From NCBI GenBank assembly GCA_965224245.1, contig OZ245046.1:4800001-4864000 (forward strand): a DNA stretch of 64,000 nucleotides, in the 5' to 3' direction. A program made the position numbers and the translations under genes. This DNA is from Candidatus Eiseniibacteriota bacterium. GTDB taxonomy: Bacteria > Eisenbacteria > RBG-16-71-46 > CAZAMP01. The notes under the pieces were generated by a model. That model ran no database searches. It was not told where the DNA came from and saw only the letters and a program-made list of their open reading frames with translations. Below, in pieces: positions 1 to 10,236 of the stretch (position 1 is the stretch's first letter; each line of letters starts with the position of its first letter).

Positions 1-649
1 CGTAGTGACGCTCCACCTGGGCGAGGCCCGTGATGCCGGGATAGGCCCGGAGGCGCCGGAGGTAGTCCGGCACGCTTCCCGTCAACTCGGTCACGAAGTG
101 GGGTCGCTCCGGACGCGGACCCACCAGGCGCATTTCTCCGGCGACCACGTTGAACAGCTGTGGAAGCTCGTCCAGCCGCGTGTAGCGCATGAACCGCCCC
201 AGGGTCGTGATTCGCGGATCCCCATCGACGGCCCACACCGGACCCGACAGCTTCTCGGCGTCGGGGACCATCGTGCGGAACTTGCAGATCTCGAACAGCT
301 GACCGGCGGCGTCATGCGATCGGCGCTCCACGCCACCGGGCGGCAGGCCGTCCGGCTCGCGCCGCCGGCGTTCGCATCCGACGCGTGTCTGTCGATAGAG
401 CACGGGAGCCCGCGGCGCCGAGACCTTGAGCGCCAACGCCACCACACTCATCAGGGGAGCGAGGATCGCCAGGAGCACGGCGGCGGCGACGCGCTCGAGA
501 AACCCGACACACATGTGGCGATCCTGCCGCGGCACCGCCGCCGGCTGGGGCGCACCGCTCCCGAGCGGGGGCAGGTGACTCCAGTTCGAGAAGTCGAACC
601 CGTCGATCCGGACTTGCCTTCCTTCATCGTGCAGCTTCGTGTTGCTCAT
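1..649 (-). CDS. Bacterial sugar transferase (polyprenyl-phosphate glycosylphosphotransferase, WcaJ/WbaP C-terminal type); 3' end runs off the window
   Basis: Not in the ORF track; translated by hand from ATG 649 (ATGA overlap with the upstream stop): ...KFRTMVPDAEKLSGPVWAVDGDPRITTLGRFMRYTRLDELPQLFNVVAGEMRLVGPRPERP...PGITGLAQV, the family signature. Confidence 0.92.
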   Translation of the reverse strand, partial: MSNTKLHDEGRQVRIDGFDFSNWSHLPPLGSGAPQPAAVPRQDRHMCVGFLERVAAAVLLAILAPLMSVVALALKVSAPRAPVLYRQTRVGCERRRREPDGLPPGGVERRSHDAAGQLFEICKFRTMVPDAEKLSGPVWAVDGDPRITTLGRFMRYTRLDELPQLFNVVAGEMRLVGPRPERPHFVTELTGSVPDYLRRLRAYPGITGLAQVERHY

Positions 650-2523
650 GACGATTCCCGGCGAGTTGTGGTCGTGATGCTGATGGTGTTGCTCCCTGTC
701 GACGCCTCGTCCTCCGCGTCGTCCACGACGAACACCCGGTAGTAGTAGCGCGTCACCGGCTCGAGCTCCTCGTCCCGAAACGCGATGCTCGTCGGGTCGT
801 CCAGCTCGACCACCAGGTCCGAGCTGCTCGACACCGTGGGGATCACGTCGCGACGGAGTCGGTAGAACGCAAAGTCGTGCGCGTCACTGACGCTCCAGCT
901 GATCGTGGCCGCCGTGGAGTCGACGTCGGTCGCCTCGTTCAAGACCACCGCCGGCGGAGACTCGTTGGCGGTCGTGAGCATCACCTCCGCGCTGCGACCG
1001 ACGAGACCGCCCTCGTCATCGGTATAGATCCGGTAGAAGTAGTCCGTGTTCTCCCGGAGCCCCCCATCGTCCCAGTAGGTCACGTTCACGTCGGTGATGG
1101 TGGCCACGAGCACGTCGCCGTCGCTCACGGCGCCGATCTCGTTCCGGTAGAGCCGGTAGGCGGCGAAGTCTGTGGCCTCGACCCGGCTCCACGAGAGACT
1201 GATCCGGCTCGTACTCACCTCCGCGCTCGTCGCGAGCGTCGGGGCATCGGGCGGTCGCTCGTTCGGCACGGTCGCCGAGATGGTATTGGAGCCCGTCGAG
1301 AGACCGGCGCCGTTCAACACGTAGGCCCGGTACCGGTAGGTATGACCCTCCACGACGTCGGGATCGCTGAACGACTCCGTGGCGATGTCGGTCACCGTGC
1401 CGACGCGCTCGTCCGTCGAGTCCACGGTCGCGCTCTCGGAACGGTGAACGTGAAGGGCCGCGAACCGCTCCTCGCGCGAGCGTTCCCATCGCAGCGTGAC
1501 GCTCGGAGCGTCGGGGGGCGACGCGGAGCGTGCCTCGAGGATGAGGACTGCATCCGGGGGAGCTTGAACCGTGAGGAGCCGGTCCGCGGCGACTGGAGAG
1601 GCCGCGTTCCCGACCTCGTCGACGAAGCTGGCCGTGACGGCGGCCTCGGACGAGAACGTGCCGGCGGGCAGGGTCAGCGTGCGCTCGTAGATCCCGTCGT
1701 TCGCCACCGTGTCGCCCTCGGTCCCGTCATCGAACAGCGGCACGGCGTCAAACACCCCGTCGACCGTGATCGACGCCGCCCCGGAGGGCTCGCCGGCGTC
1801 GACGCGGACGTGAACACGCTCACCCGGCTGCCGGACGTCGGCGCCATCGAAGCTGACCGTTGCGATGACGGCGCGTGTGTCCAGCCGGATCTGGTCCGAG
1901 ATGGGCAGGCTCACCACGCCATCGGGGAAACGGAATCGCGCGTGGACCGCCTTCATGCCGTCGCCGGCGCTGAGCGTCCACGCGACGGTGCCGGTGCTCG
2001 GACGCCACGCGCCGGAGAAGTCGTCCACGTCCTCGCTGAGCTGCACGGCCTCGGCACCCGCGGCGTCGACGAGGACGGACACGGAACGGTTGCGCGTGGC
2101 CGGAGCATCGTCGTCGATGATGATGGTGAAGAGCCCGGGCACCGCCTGAATGCGATCGCTGCGAGCCCCTGGGCGGCCGTCGATCATGGCCGCCACCCGA
2201 TAGGCGTAGACGCGACCGTTCAGCACGCCCCGATCGGTGAAGGCCGTCGCGGACACGGTCGCGATCTGACGCTCGTCCTCCTCGTCCCCTCCGACGAGGG
2301 TCTCCCGGAGGACGGAGTACGCGCCGACGTCGGCCGAGGGAGCGCGCCAGGAGAGCCGGACCACGTTGTCGCCGACCTCGACGACGACGGAGTCGGGCGC
2401 GTCGAGGCCGCCTCCGACGCCGGGGTCGAGCGGGTTGTCGAAGACGGGATCCTCACGATCCACCGTACAGGCGAGGAACGCGACGCCGACCAGCGCGGCG
2501 AGCGTCAGGCGGCGCCTCATCAT
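646..2523 (-). CDS. Lipoprotein with multiple fibronectin type III domains and a choice-of-anchor X-like motif
   Basis: Lipobox MMRRRLTLAALVGVAFLA-C; repeated W...Y.YR FN3 patterns; LFDDGTEGDTVANDGIY motif. Confidence 0.8.
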   Translation of the reverse strand: MMRRRLTLAALVGVAFLACTVDREDPVFDNPLDPGVGGGLDAPDSVVVEVGDNVVRLSWRAPSADVGAYSVLRETLVGGDEEDERQIATVSATAFTDRGVLNGRVYAYRVAAMIDGRPGARSDRIQAVPGLFTIIIDDDAPATRNRSVSVLVDAAGAEAVQLSEDVDDFSGAWRPSTGTVAWTLSAGDGMKAVHARFRFPDGVVSLPISDQIRLDTRAVIATVSFDGADVRQPGERVHVRVDAGEPSGAASITVDGVFDAVPLFDDGTEGDTVANDGIYERTLTLPAGTFSSEAAVTASFVDEVGNAASPVAADRLLTVQAPPDAVLILEARSASPPDAPSVTLRWERSREERFAALHVHRSESATVDSTDERVGTVTDIATESFSDPDVVEGHTYRYRAYVLNGAGLSTGSNTISATVPNERPPDAPTLATSAEVSTSRISLSWSRVEATDFAAYRLYRNEIGAVSDGDVLVATITDVNVTYWDDGGLRENTDYFYRIYTDDEGGLVGRSAEVMLTTANESPPAVVLNEATDVDSTAATISWSVSDAHDFAFYRLRRDVIPTVSSSSDLVVELDDPTSIAFRDEELEPVTRYYYRVFVVDDAEDEASTGSNTISITTTTRRESS

Positions 2524-3599
2524 CGGAAGCTCCAATCGATGCGTGCCCCGATGCCGTCGCCGGCCGGCGCGACCGACAGGGCAGGGCCACTCACCCGCTC
2601 GCGCCCGGATCGCCCGCCGATGATGAACGCATCGATCACGTTGAGCGCATGAACGGCGATCGCGGCGCCCACGAACACCCCGCGCTTCAGCTGCTCGTCG
2701 TCGACGTCGTCCGCCGTGCGCTCGAGCTCGGCCAGTGCCGTGCTCACCTCCTGTGGACTCGCTGCGCGGTCGTAGCGGGTCTGGGCGGCCGACTGCCTGC
2801 GGCGCGCCGCCAGAAAGTCGTCATGCGACTCGATGGCCTGGGCGGCGAGGAACGCGACCGCGAACGTGAACAGCGTACCCCGCTCGTAGCGTCCCGCGTA
2901 CCGCTGACCGGATCCGGGCACGAGAAGGCTCATGCTCACGAGCCGCGTGCGGTCGGCCCTCGGGATCGCGAGCTGGTACTCGCCGCCGTCCCGGGAAATC
3001 AGCCTCGCGCGAGGAGAGAACACCCCGCCCTCCAGGGCCGCCGCCGCCCACGTGGCGCCGAGGTAGATTCCCCACAGCCGCCGGACCTCCTCGTGATCTT
3101 CCTTCGAGCTGGCGGCCTCGGTCACGGCCTCGCGTGCGTCGAGGATCGCCGACTCCGTGGCGGCCCGACGGTACGCGCGCATCGCGCGGTCGAGGTCGTC
3201 ATCGGCGTCCCGGACGTCGGCGTGCGCCTGCGCACCGCGAACGCCCGACACGACGCTGGCGCCGAGGAACGTCAGCCCTCGCCAGCGCTCATCTCTCAGC
3301 TGGCGCCACCCGGGGGGATAAAGCAGGGACGTGACCCCGGCACCGCCGTCCGCGCTCACGCCCTGGTCGGACAGGAGAAGGCGCGAACGTCCTTGCGCCA
3401 GACCATCGCCGCCGGCGACCACGGTGTACTCGCCCGCCGGAAGATTCGTGATCGAAAGGGGCGCGCGACCTCTCACCGAGATGGGGCCCTCGATCGACAC
3501 GTACGCGCGCGGCGGATAGGTGTCCAGGAGCCTCTCGCCGGAGCCGGAGGCCGGCAACGCGAGTACCAGGAGCAGAGCGATGGTGCAGCGAATCGCCAC
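2520..3599 (-). CDS. Hypothetical exported/membrane protein with two internal repeats (DUF5683-like)
   Basis: Signal peptide; SLLYPPGWRQ and SLLVPGSGQRY repeats, each followed by a helical hairpin; C-terminal beta strand ARIDWSFR; translationally coupled to neighbours. Confidence 0.7.
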   Translation of the reverse strand: MAIRCTIALLLVLALPASGSGERLLDTYPPRAYVSIEGPISVRGRAPLSITNLPAGEYTVVAGGDGLAQGRSRLLLSDQGVSADGGAGVTSLLYPPGWRQLRDERWRGLTFLGASVVSGVRGAQAHADVRDADDDLDRAMRAYRRAATESAILDAREAVTEAASSKEDHEEVRRLWGIYLGATWAAAALEGGVFSPRARLISRDGGEYQLAIPRADRTRLVSMSLLVPGSGQRYAGRYERGTLFTFAVAFLAAQAIESHDDFLAARRRQSAAQTRYDRAASPQEVSTALAELERTADDVDDEQLKRGVFVGAAIAVHALNVIDAFIIGGRSGRERVSGPALSVAPAGDGIGARIDWSFR

Positions 3600-3601
3600 G
3601 G

Positions 3602-5002
3602 TTACCCTCGGGTGCGATAGTCGTCGGCGCTGATGTCGTGCTTCTGCATGATCTCGTGCAGGCTCGGGCGCGCCACGTCCAGCAGCCTGGCCGCTTCGGA
3701 TACGTTCCCCGCCGTGTGTCGCAGCGCTTTCGTGATCATCTCGCGGTCCAGTCGACGACGAGCTTCCCGAAGCGACAGCACGGGGTCCGTGTCCAGTTCG
3801 TCCAGGCCCAGGTCGGCGACGTCGACCTTGCTTCCGGATGCCATGACGACGCCCTTCTGCACGGCGTGCTCGAGCTCGCGCACGTTACCCGGCCATGCGT
3901 ACTGACGGATGGCGGTGCGTGCTCTCGCCGAGAAGCTGAGGCGTCCGCGCTTCAGCTGCTCGCAGAATCGGGACAGGAAGTACTGGGCGAGAAGCAGGAT
4001 GTCGTTCTGGCGGTCACGAAGTGGCGGCAGCCAGAGCGTGACGACCGAGAGACGGTAGTACAGGTCCGCGCGCAGGCGGCCACTCTCGACCTCCTTCTCC
4101 GGGTCGCGATTCGTGGCCGCGATGACCCGGACGTCCAGCGGGATCTCGACGCCGCCGCCCAGTCGCGTGATCTTGTGATCCTGCAGAAACCGGAGCAGCT
4201 TCACCTGTAGCAGCGTCGGAAGCTCGGCGACCTCGTCGAGAAACACGATGCCGCCGTCCGCTCGCTCGAGGAGTCCGCGATGGGTTGCGTGTGCCCCGGT
4301 GAAGGCGCCCTTCTCGTGCCCGAACAGCTCGCTCTCCAGGAGGTTCTCGGGAATCGCACCGCAGTTGATGCTGACGAAGGGCCGGTCCGACCGCGGGCCG
4401 AGTCGCCGGATCTCGCGTACGACGAGCTCCTTGCCCGTCCCGCTCTCGCCGAGAACCAGTCCGCTCACGTCTGCGGTCGCGATCCGACGGATGCTCTCGA
4501 AGAGGGCTCTCATCTGCGGACTCGCTCCGATGATCGCGCCGAGACGGTCATTCCCGTCGACCGCCGGGCACTCCTCGGCGTTCTGCCGCTGGAGCCGACC
4601 GATGACCCGGAGCCGCCTCAGCATGACGCGGAGCTCGTCCACGTCGACCGGCTTGCCCAGGAAGTCCGCCGCACCGTGATCCACGGCCCGCAGCGCGTTC
4701 GCGTCCGTGTCGTTCCCGGTGATCATGAGGATCTTCATGTACGGGTCGATCTGTGTGCATCGCTGGAGGAGTCCGAACCCGAGCTCCGGGTTGCTACCGT
4801 CGAGGGCGAGATCCAGCGTGATCAGCTCCGGCCGAAAGTCCTGGATCGTCTGCCAGGCCGATTCGACGTCGCCGGCCGCCTGTACCTCGAACTCGGTTCC
4901 CAGGGCGAGTCTCAGCTGGCTCACGAACGAGGGATCGTCGTCGACCACCAGGAGGCGGGCGTGCTTGGTCTCGGTTTCGCTAGGTTTGGATGACACGGAC
5001 AC
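3602..5002 (-). CDS. prsR: Sigma-54-dependent response regulator, PEP-CTERM system PrsR type
   Basis: REC domain (LLVVDDD, ITLDL), GESGTGKE, GAFTGA, WPGNVRELE, C-terminal HTH; directly downstream of a PrsK-like kinase. Confidence 0.85.
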   Translation of the reverse strand: MSVSSKPSETETKHARLLVVDDDPSFVSQLRLALGTEFEVQAAGDVESAWQTIQDFRPELITLDLALDGSNPELGFGLLQRCTQIDPYMKILMITGNDTDANALRAVDHGAADFLGKPVDVDELRVMLRRLRVIGRLQRQNAEECPAVDGNDRLGAIIGASPQMRALFESIRRIATADVSGLVLGESGTGKELVVREIRRLGPRSDRPFVSINCGAIPENLLESELFGHEKGAFTGAHATHRGLLERADGGIVFLDEVAELPTLLQVKLLRFLQDHKITRLGGGVEIPLDVRVIAATNRDPEKEVESGRLRADLYYRLSVVTLWLPPLRDRQNDILLLAQYFLSRFCEQLKRGRLSFSARARTAIRQYAWPGNVRELEHAVQKGVVMASGSKVDVADLGLDELDTDPVLSLREARRRLDREMITKALRHTAGNVSEAARLLDVARPSLHEIMQKHDISADDYRTRG

Positions 5003-7157
5003 CCGCGACCTCCCCTCCGGTGCTCTCTGGTACCTGGCTGCGCTCGGGTCGTGACGCGGAGATCGCCGCGGGAAGAACGACCTTGAACTGCGTGCCCGTC
5101 CCGAGATGGCTCCGTGCGACGAGCTCCCCGCGGTGGGCCTGAACGATCAGCCGGCTCTGGTAGACCCCGAGTCCGAGGCCGCCGCGCTTGGTCGTCGAGA
5201 AGGGGCGAAACAGTCGATCGCGGAGGAACTCCTCGGTCATTCCCTCGCCGGAGTCCTCGACCGAGATCACGACGACGTCGCCGCTCGCGCGCGACTCCTC
5301 GGCCGTCTCGATCGTCAGACTCCCTCCGTGGGGCATGGACTCGACGGCGTTGGTCACGAGATTGACGACCACGCGGAGCAGCATGGTCTCGTCGCCGCGG
5401 ATGTGGTGTGCGGCGTTGCTCCGGCAGGTCACCTCGATCGCCGGGCTCGCGCCCGCCGCCGTCTCTGCCAGGGCGGTCTTCACGAGCTCGTTCGGGTCGA
5501 GCAAGGAGTCCCGGCGTTCGGACGACTGGCGCAGCTCCGAGAGGTTGTTCACGAACCGCTGCATCCGCACGGCGACGCGGTCGAGATCCTCGGCACACAC
5601 CGCGCTGACCTCGGGATCGCCACCCCGCTCCTGGAGGTTCCGCACCGCCATCCGGAGCGGCGCGAGGTGGTTCTTGAGGTCGTGAAGCAGCATGCTGCTC
5701 CACTGCGAGATCAGCTCCATCTCGCGGGTCTCCGCGAGCTCCCGAGCCAGATCGCATGCACGAAGCGTCGACGCGATGTGCGCGGCGACGCTCTCGAGCA
5801 GGGTCGCGTCCTCGTAGGTGAAGGGATCGTCCGAGCTGGTCCGCGCGATGCCGACCACGCCGAGCAGCTGTCCGCCCTCCAGGAGCGGCACCAGGACCTG
5901 GCTCGCGGTACCGTCCAGCCAGTCGTCGTGCTCGGCGTAGATCGGAATGTAGGCGAAGTCGTCCGCGGCTCGATCGAGGATGATCGCGTTCCGGTTGACA
6001 CTCAGATGGTCGAACAGGGGCGTGTCGGGCCGGAGCGCGAGACCCCGTCCGACGCCCTTGCCGGTCACGGGGCGAACGTCGCCGGCGCCGCGATCGACGA
6101 GCGAGATCGTGACGACGTCGGCCAGGAAGACGCTCTCCAGGACCGTGACCGCCCGGTCGAGCACCTCCTGTCGATCCGACGTCGAGGCGAACGACTCGGT
6201 GACGAACGACCACTGGCTGCGGTAGTCGTAACGATTCACGTAGAAGTTGCGGTCGATGAACCGGCGGACCAGTCGTTGAAACCGGTGCGAGAAGATCAGG
6301 AGCGTACCCGCGAGGAGAATCAGGATTCCCGACGAGATGATCAGGACCTCATCGGGTGACGAGTTCGTCCACACTGCGACCTGGGCGGCGAGGCCGGCCG
6401 CGATCACGAAGAGCCCCGCCGCCAGGGCCGTGAACGACGAGTACACGAGCTTGCGCGACACCGGCGCCGCGACGTCCGTGAGGGATCCCCTCATGTATCC
6501 GTAGCCGACCAGGATCGAGGTCAGGCTCACCGGCAGGCCGGCCGCGACCATCTTGCCCAGGCCGAGGGACGAGTAGAGCATGCCGCTCACGAGGACGAAC
6601 GCCGCGTAGCCGGTCGTGAAGAACATGCCGAGCAGCGGCAGATGCATCCGCGTGCGCATCTCGGGTGGCGCGACCCGCAGCGTCTTCTCGAGGTTGTAGC
6701 CGATGAACACGAGCCCGCACATGATGTACGTCAGATACGCCTTCCCGATGTAGCCGAGCAGGATGGTCGCGCTCGGCTGGTCGGCGGCGACGCCCGATAC
6801 GAATCGACGGCTCGACAGACCGCAGAGGAGCGCGACGCCAACGATCGCGAGCAGGAGGATGTTCCGCCGCGAGGCGTGGAGCGAGTCCGCCGGGTTCTCG
6901 CGGCCGAACACCAGCGTGAACGCGTACGCGGCCAGGACGACGGGCGTGGCCATCGCCAGAATCCACTTCGCCACCACGGTGTCCGGTTCGCTCGCGTGAA
7001 GCAGTGACAGAATGAGCCCCAGGAGAACCGCGGTCGTGATGGAGAGAAGGGCCGTCGTCAACAAAAGCGGCCGCGATCGTCCGCGGATGACCACCGCACC
7101 GACGGGGAGCGCCGTCGATACCATGCTGGTGATGAGAAGCGCCTGCTGGATCGTCAC
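4980..7157 (-). CDS. prsK: PEP-CTERM system sensor histidine kinase PrsK type (multi-TM, GAF, HisKA, HATPase)
   Basis: True start is GTG 7157 (GTGA overlap). About 9 TM segments, FIDRNFYVNRYDYRSQW, H-box LLHDLKN, FRPFSTTK, GLGLGVYQSR. Confidence 0.85.
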   Translation of the reverse strand: MTIQQALLITSMVSTALPVGAVVIRGRSRPLLLTTALLSITTAVLLGLILSLLHASEPDTVVAKWILAMATPVVLAAYAFTLVFGRENPADSLHASRRNILLLAIVGVALLCGLSSRRFVSGVAADQPSATILLGYIGKAYLTYIMCGLVFIGYNLEKTLRVAPPEMRTRMHLPLLGMFFTTGYAAFVLVSGMLYSSLGLGKMVAAGLPVSLTSILVGYGYMRGSLTDVAAPVSRKLVYSSFTALAAGLFVIAAGLAAQVAVWTNSSPDEVLIISSGILILLAGTLLIFSHRFQRLVRRFIDRNFYVNRYDYRSQWSFVTESFASTSDRQEVLDRAVTVLESVFLADVVTISLVDRGAGDVRPVTGKGVGRGLALRPDTPLFDHLSVNRNAIILDRAADDFAYIPIYAEHDDWLDGTASQVLVPLLEGGQLLGVVGIARTSSDDPFTYEDATLLESVAAHIASTLRACDLARELAETREMELISQWSSMLLHDLKNHLAPLRMAVRNLQERGGDPEVSAVCAEDLDRVAVRMQRFVNNLSELRQSSERRDSLLDPNELVKTALAETAAGASPAIEVTCRSNAAHHIRGDETMLLRVVVNLVTNAVESMPHGGSLTIETAEESRASGDVVVISVEDSGEGMTEEFLRDRLFRPFSTTKRGGLGLGVYQSRLIVQAHRGELVARSHLGTGTQFKVVLPAAISASRPERSQVPESTGGEVAGVRVIQT

Positions 7158-8662
7158 GGCATGGCCTCCCCCCGGAGGCGGTCGGCCTCGGAGCTGGCCC
7201 AGAGACCGACGTCGGACCGGGGCTCCATCGCGGCGATCCGGTCGAGGATGTCCACCGTGCGGGCCGTGTCCGCGAGCTGGGACATGGCCAGCCGTGCGGC
7301 ATCCACGAGCACCAGCGCGCCCGTCCGGGTGCTGCCGGCGACCTCGCCCAGCCGCTCCATCTCCGTGACCGCGCCGGCGAAGTCCTCGTTCAGCATGAGC
7401 GACTCGGCCAGCTTCCTGCGGGCCAGGAGTGTGCGGTCGCTCGGTGGGAAGCGCTCGATGAAGTCGCGGTACTCGCGTACGGCTCGGGTCAGGGCCTCCT
7501 TCATCGCATCGGTCTCGCCGGTGGTGCGGTAACGGAGCGCGATCTCGAGCGGCGCCGTCAGCGCGGCCTCGCTGATCGGGTGCTCCACCGTCAGCTCGCG
7601 GTAGGCGGCGAGGGCGTCGGGCCAGCGTCCGTCGATGGAGGCCATGAGCCGGGCCCGTGTCAGCATTGCGCCGGATACGACGTCGTCGGAGCCGATCTCC
7701 AGCGCGCGAAGCCGGTCGATGTAGCCGATCGCTTCCTCGATCTCGCCGCGCGTGGCCGCGTTCCCGGCCAGCGTCACGTAGACCTGCGGGATGAACGGCG
7801 AGGAGGGATAGTCGTCGATGATGGACTGGAGCAGGGCCCGCACGTCTCGCTGATCGGCGCCCGAACGTGCGTGAAGGTCGGCCCGGCGAAGGCGGAAGCC
7901 CTCGGGCGGGAACCTCTCGGACCCGGTATCGCGGGCCCACTCCTCGAGCGTCACGAGCTGCCGCTCGGCCGAGGACCACTCGCGGAGATCCACGCTGATC
8001 TCCGCCAGGAGAGTCTGGGCCGAGGCCCCGAGCTCCGTCCTGTCCTCGGTCTCGACGATGGCCTCGTAGTACGCCCTGGCGGCCGCGTAGAGTGACGGGC
8101 GTTCGGCCTCGGACGCCTCACCCGCCCGGAGCCGCGCGATCCGGAGATACAGGTCGAGCTCCATGCCGGCCTCGTTCGCGGCGGGCGTGGTCAGGTCGGC
8201 TCGGGAGACGACCTCGGAGTAGTACTCCGCGGCCTGGAGCGCGCGTCCTCGCCGCTCCGCGATCGCGCCCTGGGACAGCGCGGCCTGGGCGACGATCGCG
8301 TCCATGTCCGCGTAGCGCTCGCGCATCGCTCCCAGCGTCTCCAGGACGGCGGCGGTGTCGCCCAGCGCACTCTGGATCTGAACCGCGCTGAACGCTGCCT
8401 GGGCCGTCGCCCGGCGGATCTGACGGCCCACGAGACTCGTGTCACCCTCGACGTGTGCGTATCGAGGCGGGATGGCCTCGTACAGGTCGATCAGTGCGTG
8501 CCACTGGTCACGCGTGACCAGATCGGGGCGAACGGCCAGGTTCCGGTACTCGTAGTCGGCCAGCCACACGTCGCGGTCCGCCCGAAAGCGATCCCCGATC
8601 CTCGGGTCCACGCACCCGACGACGAGCAGCCCCAAGAGCGCGATCCACCGGGAGTCCCTCAT
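7154..8662 (-). CDS. TPR-repeat lipoprotein (PrsT-like position)
   Basis: Start ATG 8662, MRDSRWIALLGLLVVG-C lipobox; TPR/BamD-like repeats (IDDYPSSP, VEHPISE, IERFPPSD). Confidence 0.75.
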   Translation of the reverse strand: MRDSRWIALLGLLVVGCVDPRIGDRFRADRDVWLADYEYRNLAVRPDLVTRDQWHALIDLYEAIPPRYAHVEGDTSLVGRQIRRATAQAAFSAVQIQSALGDTAAVLETLGAMRERYADMDAIVAQAALSQGAIAERRGRALQAAEYYSEVVSRADLTTPAANEAGMELDLYLRIARLRAGEASEAERPSLYAAARAYYEAIVETEDRTELGASAQTLLAEISVDLREWSSAERQLVTLEEWARDTGSERFPPEGFRLRRADLHARSGADQRDVRALLQSIIDDYPSSPFIPQVYVTLAGNAATRGEIEEAIGYIDRLRALEIGSDDVVSGAMLTRARLMASIDGRWPDALAAYRELTVEHPISEAALTAPLEIALRYRTTGETDAMKEALTRAVREYRDFIERFPPSDRTLLARRKLAESLMLNEDFAGAVTEMERLGEVAGSTRTGALVLVDAARLAMSQLADTARTVDILDRIAAMEPRSDVGLWASSEADRLRGEAMP

Positions 8663-9504
8663 CGCGCGACCTCGATGCGCCACATGAACAGCCGCGTGAT
8701 GGCGCCGACGGCGAGGAACGTGGCCAGCATCTGCGTGACGAACTGGGCCACGAGCAGTCCAGTGACGACCTCGGGACGGAACCGACTGACGAGGAAGTCG
8801 ACGCGAAGTCCCGCATACCAGAACGGCAACAGGAGAATCAGCGCGAGCGTCAGCACCAGCATGGTCGGAAGAAACGTCCGGGCCGCGACCCGGAAGGAGT
8901 CGCGCACGGCGGGCAGCGCGCGATGGCCCGCGATCAGCATCCATGGAGTGGCGTAGGCAAACGCGCACTGCACGAGGAGGAACAGGACCACTCCACCGCC
9001 TCGAACGCCCCAGCGCGCTGCGCGGCTCGCGGCGATCGGATCCGGGGCGAACCGTCCGATGAGCCAATCGAGGGCAAGCACGACCAGTGCGGAGACCGCC
9101 GCCACGAGAATCAGACCGGGCGCCCGACGCACGGCTCGCCGCCACGGCTGCGCCGCGTCCCCGCTGACCAGCCCGAAGACGCGAGCGAAGTAGAGCGTTG
9201 CCGCACCGATCGCGATCGACTCGACGAGCACCGTGATCACGAGCCCGCCGCGCACCATCATCGTGGGCAGTGCCAGGTAAAAGGCGGGGTATCGGGTCGC
9301 GAGGTCGCCGCCGAGGGCCTTCACCAGCGGTGCGGCGATTGGAAGGACCGCCGGTCGATGGAACGACACGATCAGCGCGAGCAGCCCCAGCTGAACGAGG
9401 AGCGTCACGAAGAAAGGCACCCAGATCCGGGGCCGGAAGAAGACCTGAAACACCGATGCGTATGAGCGGCCCGACACCGACACCGCTGCGACCAGTCCTG
9501 CCAT
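8659..9504 (-). CDS. Hypothetical integral membrane protein (about 6 TM)
   Basis: Hydrophobic segments; ATGA overlap with the TPR gene; first gene of the operon. Confidence 0.75.
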   Translation of the reverse strand: MAGLVAAVSVSGRSYASVFQVFFRPRIWVPFFVTLLVQLGLLALIVSFHRPAVLPIAAPLVKALGGDLATRYPAFYLALPTMMVRGGLVITVLVESIAIGAATLYFARVFGLVSGDAAQPWRRAVRRAPGLILVAAVSALVVLALDWLIGRFAPDPIAASRAARWGVRGGGVVLFLLVQCAFAYATPWMLIAGHRALPAVRDSFRVAARTFLPTMLVLTLALILLLPFWYAGLRVDFLVSRFRPEVVTGLLVAQFVTQMLATFLAVGAITRLFMWRIEVAR

Positions 9505-10120
9505 CTGAGCTGTCCACCCTCGCGTCGACCGCCGAGGCGACGCAACTGTTTGGCGTTACACGTTCACGTTCACGTTCACGTCGATCGATGTCGGTATGCG
9601 CATGTGGGCGGACAGATTCTGCGGGGCTGCGAGGATTCCGCGGCGCGCGCCCGGCACTGACCCAAACCGTCGTGATGAAGCCCGAGTCCAGGCTGTGTAT
9701 GGTACCGCTGACGCGGCACTTTGGGGAAGGAAAATGACAGTCTTCCAGGATACACCTCATGATTGGGGCGCCGATGCATGCCCGCGAGGGGTGCGACACC
9801 GGGGAGCGGCGAGGCAACCCGTTGTCAGATAGGGGCAATTGAACAACAGGACCTCTTCCGCGGCCGGGTACCGCTCGCGGTCGGTCGGCGCGCGTCGAGA
9901 ACGGCCCGACCGAGCTGTTGGCATTTCACGACATTATGTGAAAGGAGAGACAACCTGTTGATGTATATGATCTTATGGCTCAAATCGCACCGTGGCGAGT
10001 CCCGGTGAAAGCCCGACCTGACACCGGGCCGGTCGCCTGGGCACACGTGCCCCGGGCCGTGTAGCGATCGTTCTAATGCATCTCGTTATCTGGCAATAAA
10101 ATACGTCGCCGTCGGGGTCG

Positions 10121-10135
10121 TGGCATCAATCGTGC
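10121..10135 (+). promoter_or_regulatory. Sigma-54 (-24/-12) promoter of PEP-CTERM gene 1
   Basis: TGGCATCAATCGTGC = GG-N10-GC, about 100 nt upstream of ATG 10237. Confidence 0.6.
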
Positions 10136-10236
10136 GAATGGTGTCCAATCGCTGGGTTTGCTCTGAACGGTGCCTTCGGCTGGTTCTTTCGTAAATCTAC
10201 CCATAGAGACACGAAGTAGCAAAGATTGGTGAATAG

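Noticed and set aside
5-742. 245-aa plus-strand ORF
   Set aside because: Antisense shadow of the minus-strand sugar transferase
4980-9838. 999-aa and 894-aa ORFs as fusion proteins
   Set aside because: N-terminal parts are off-frame read-through of neighbours; real starts at 7157 and 8662 are supported by stop/start overlaps and signal sequences
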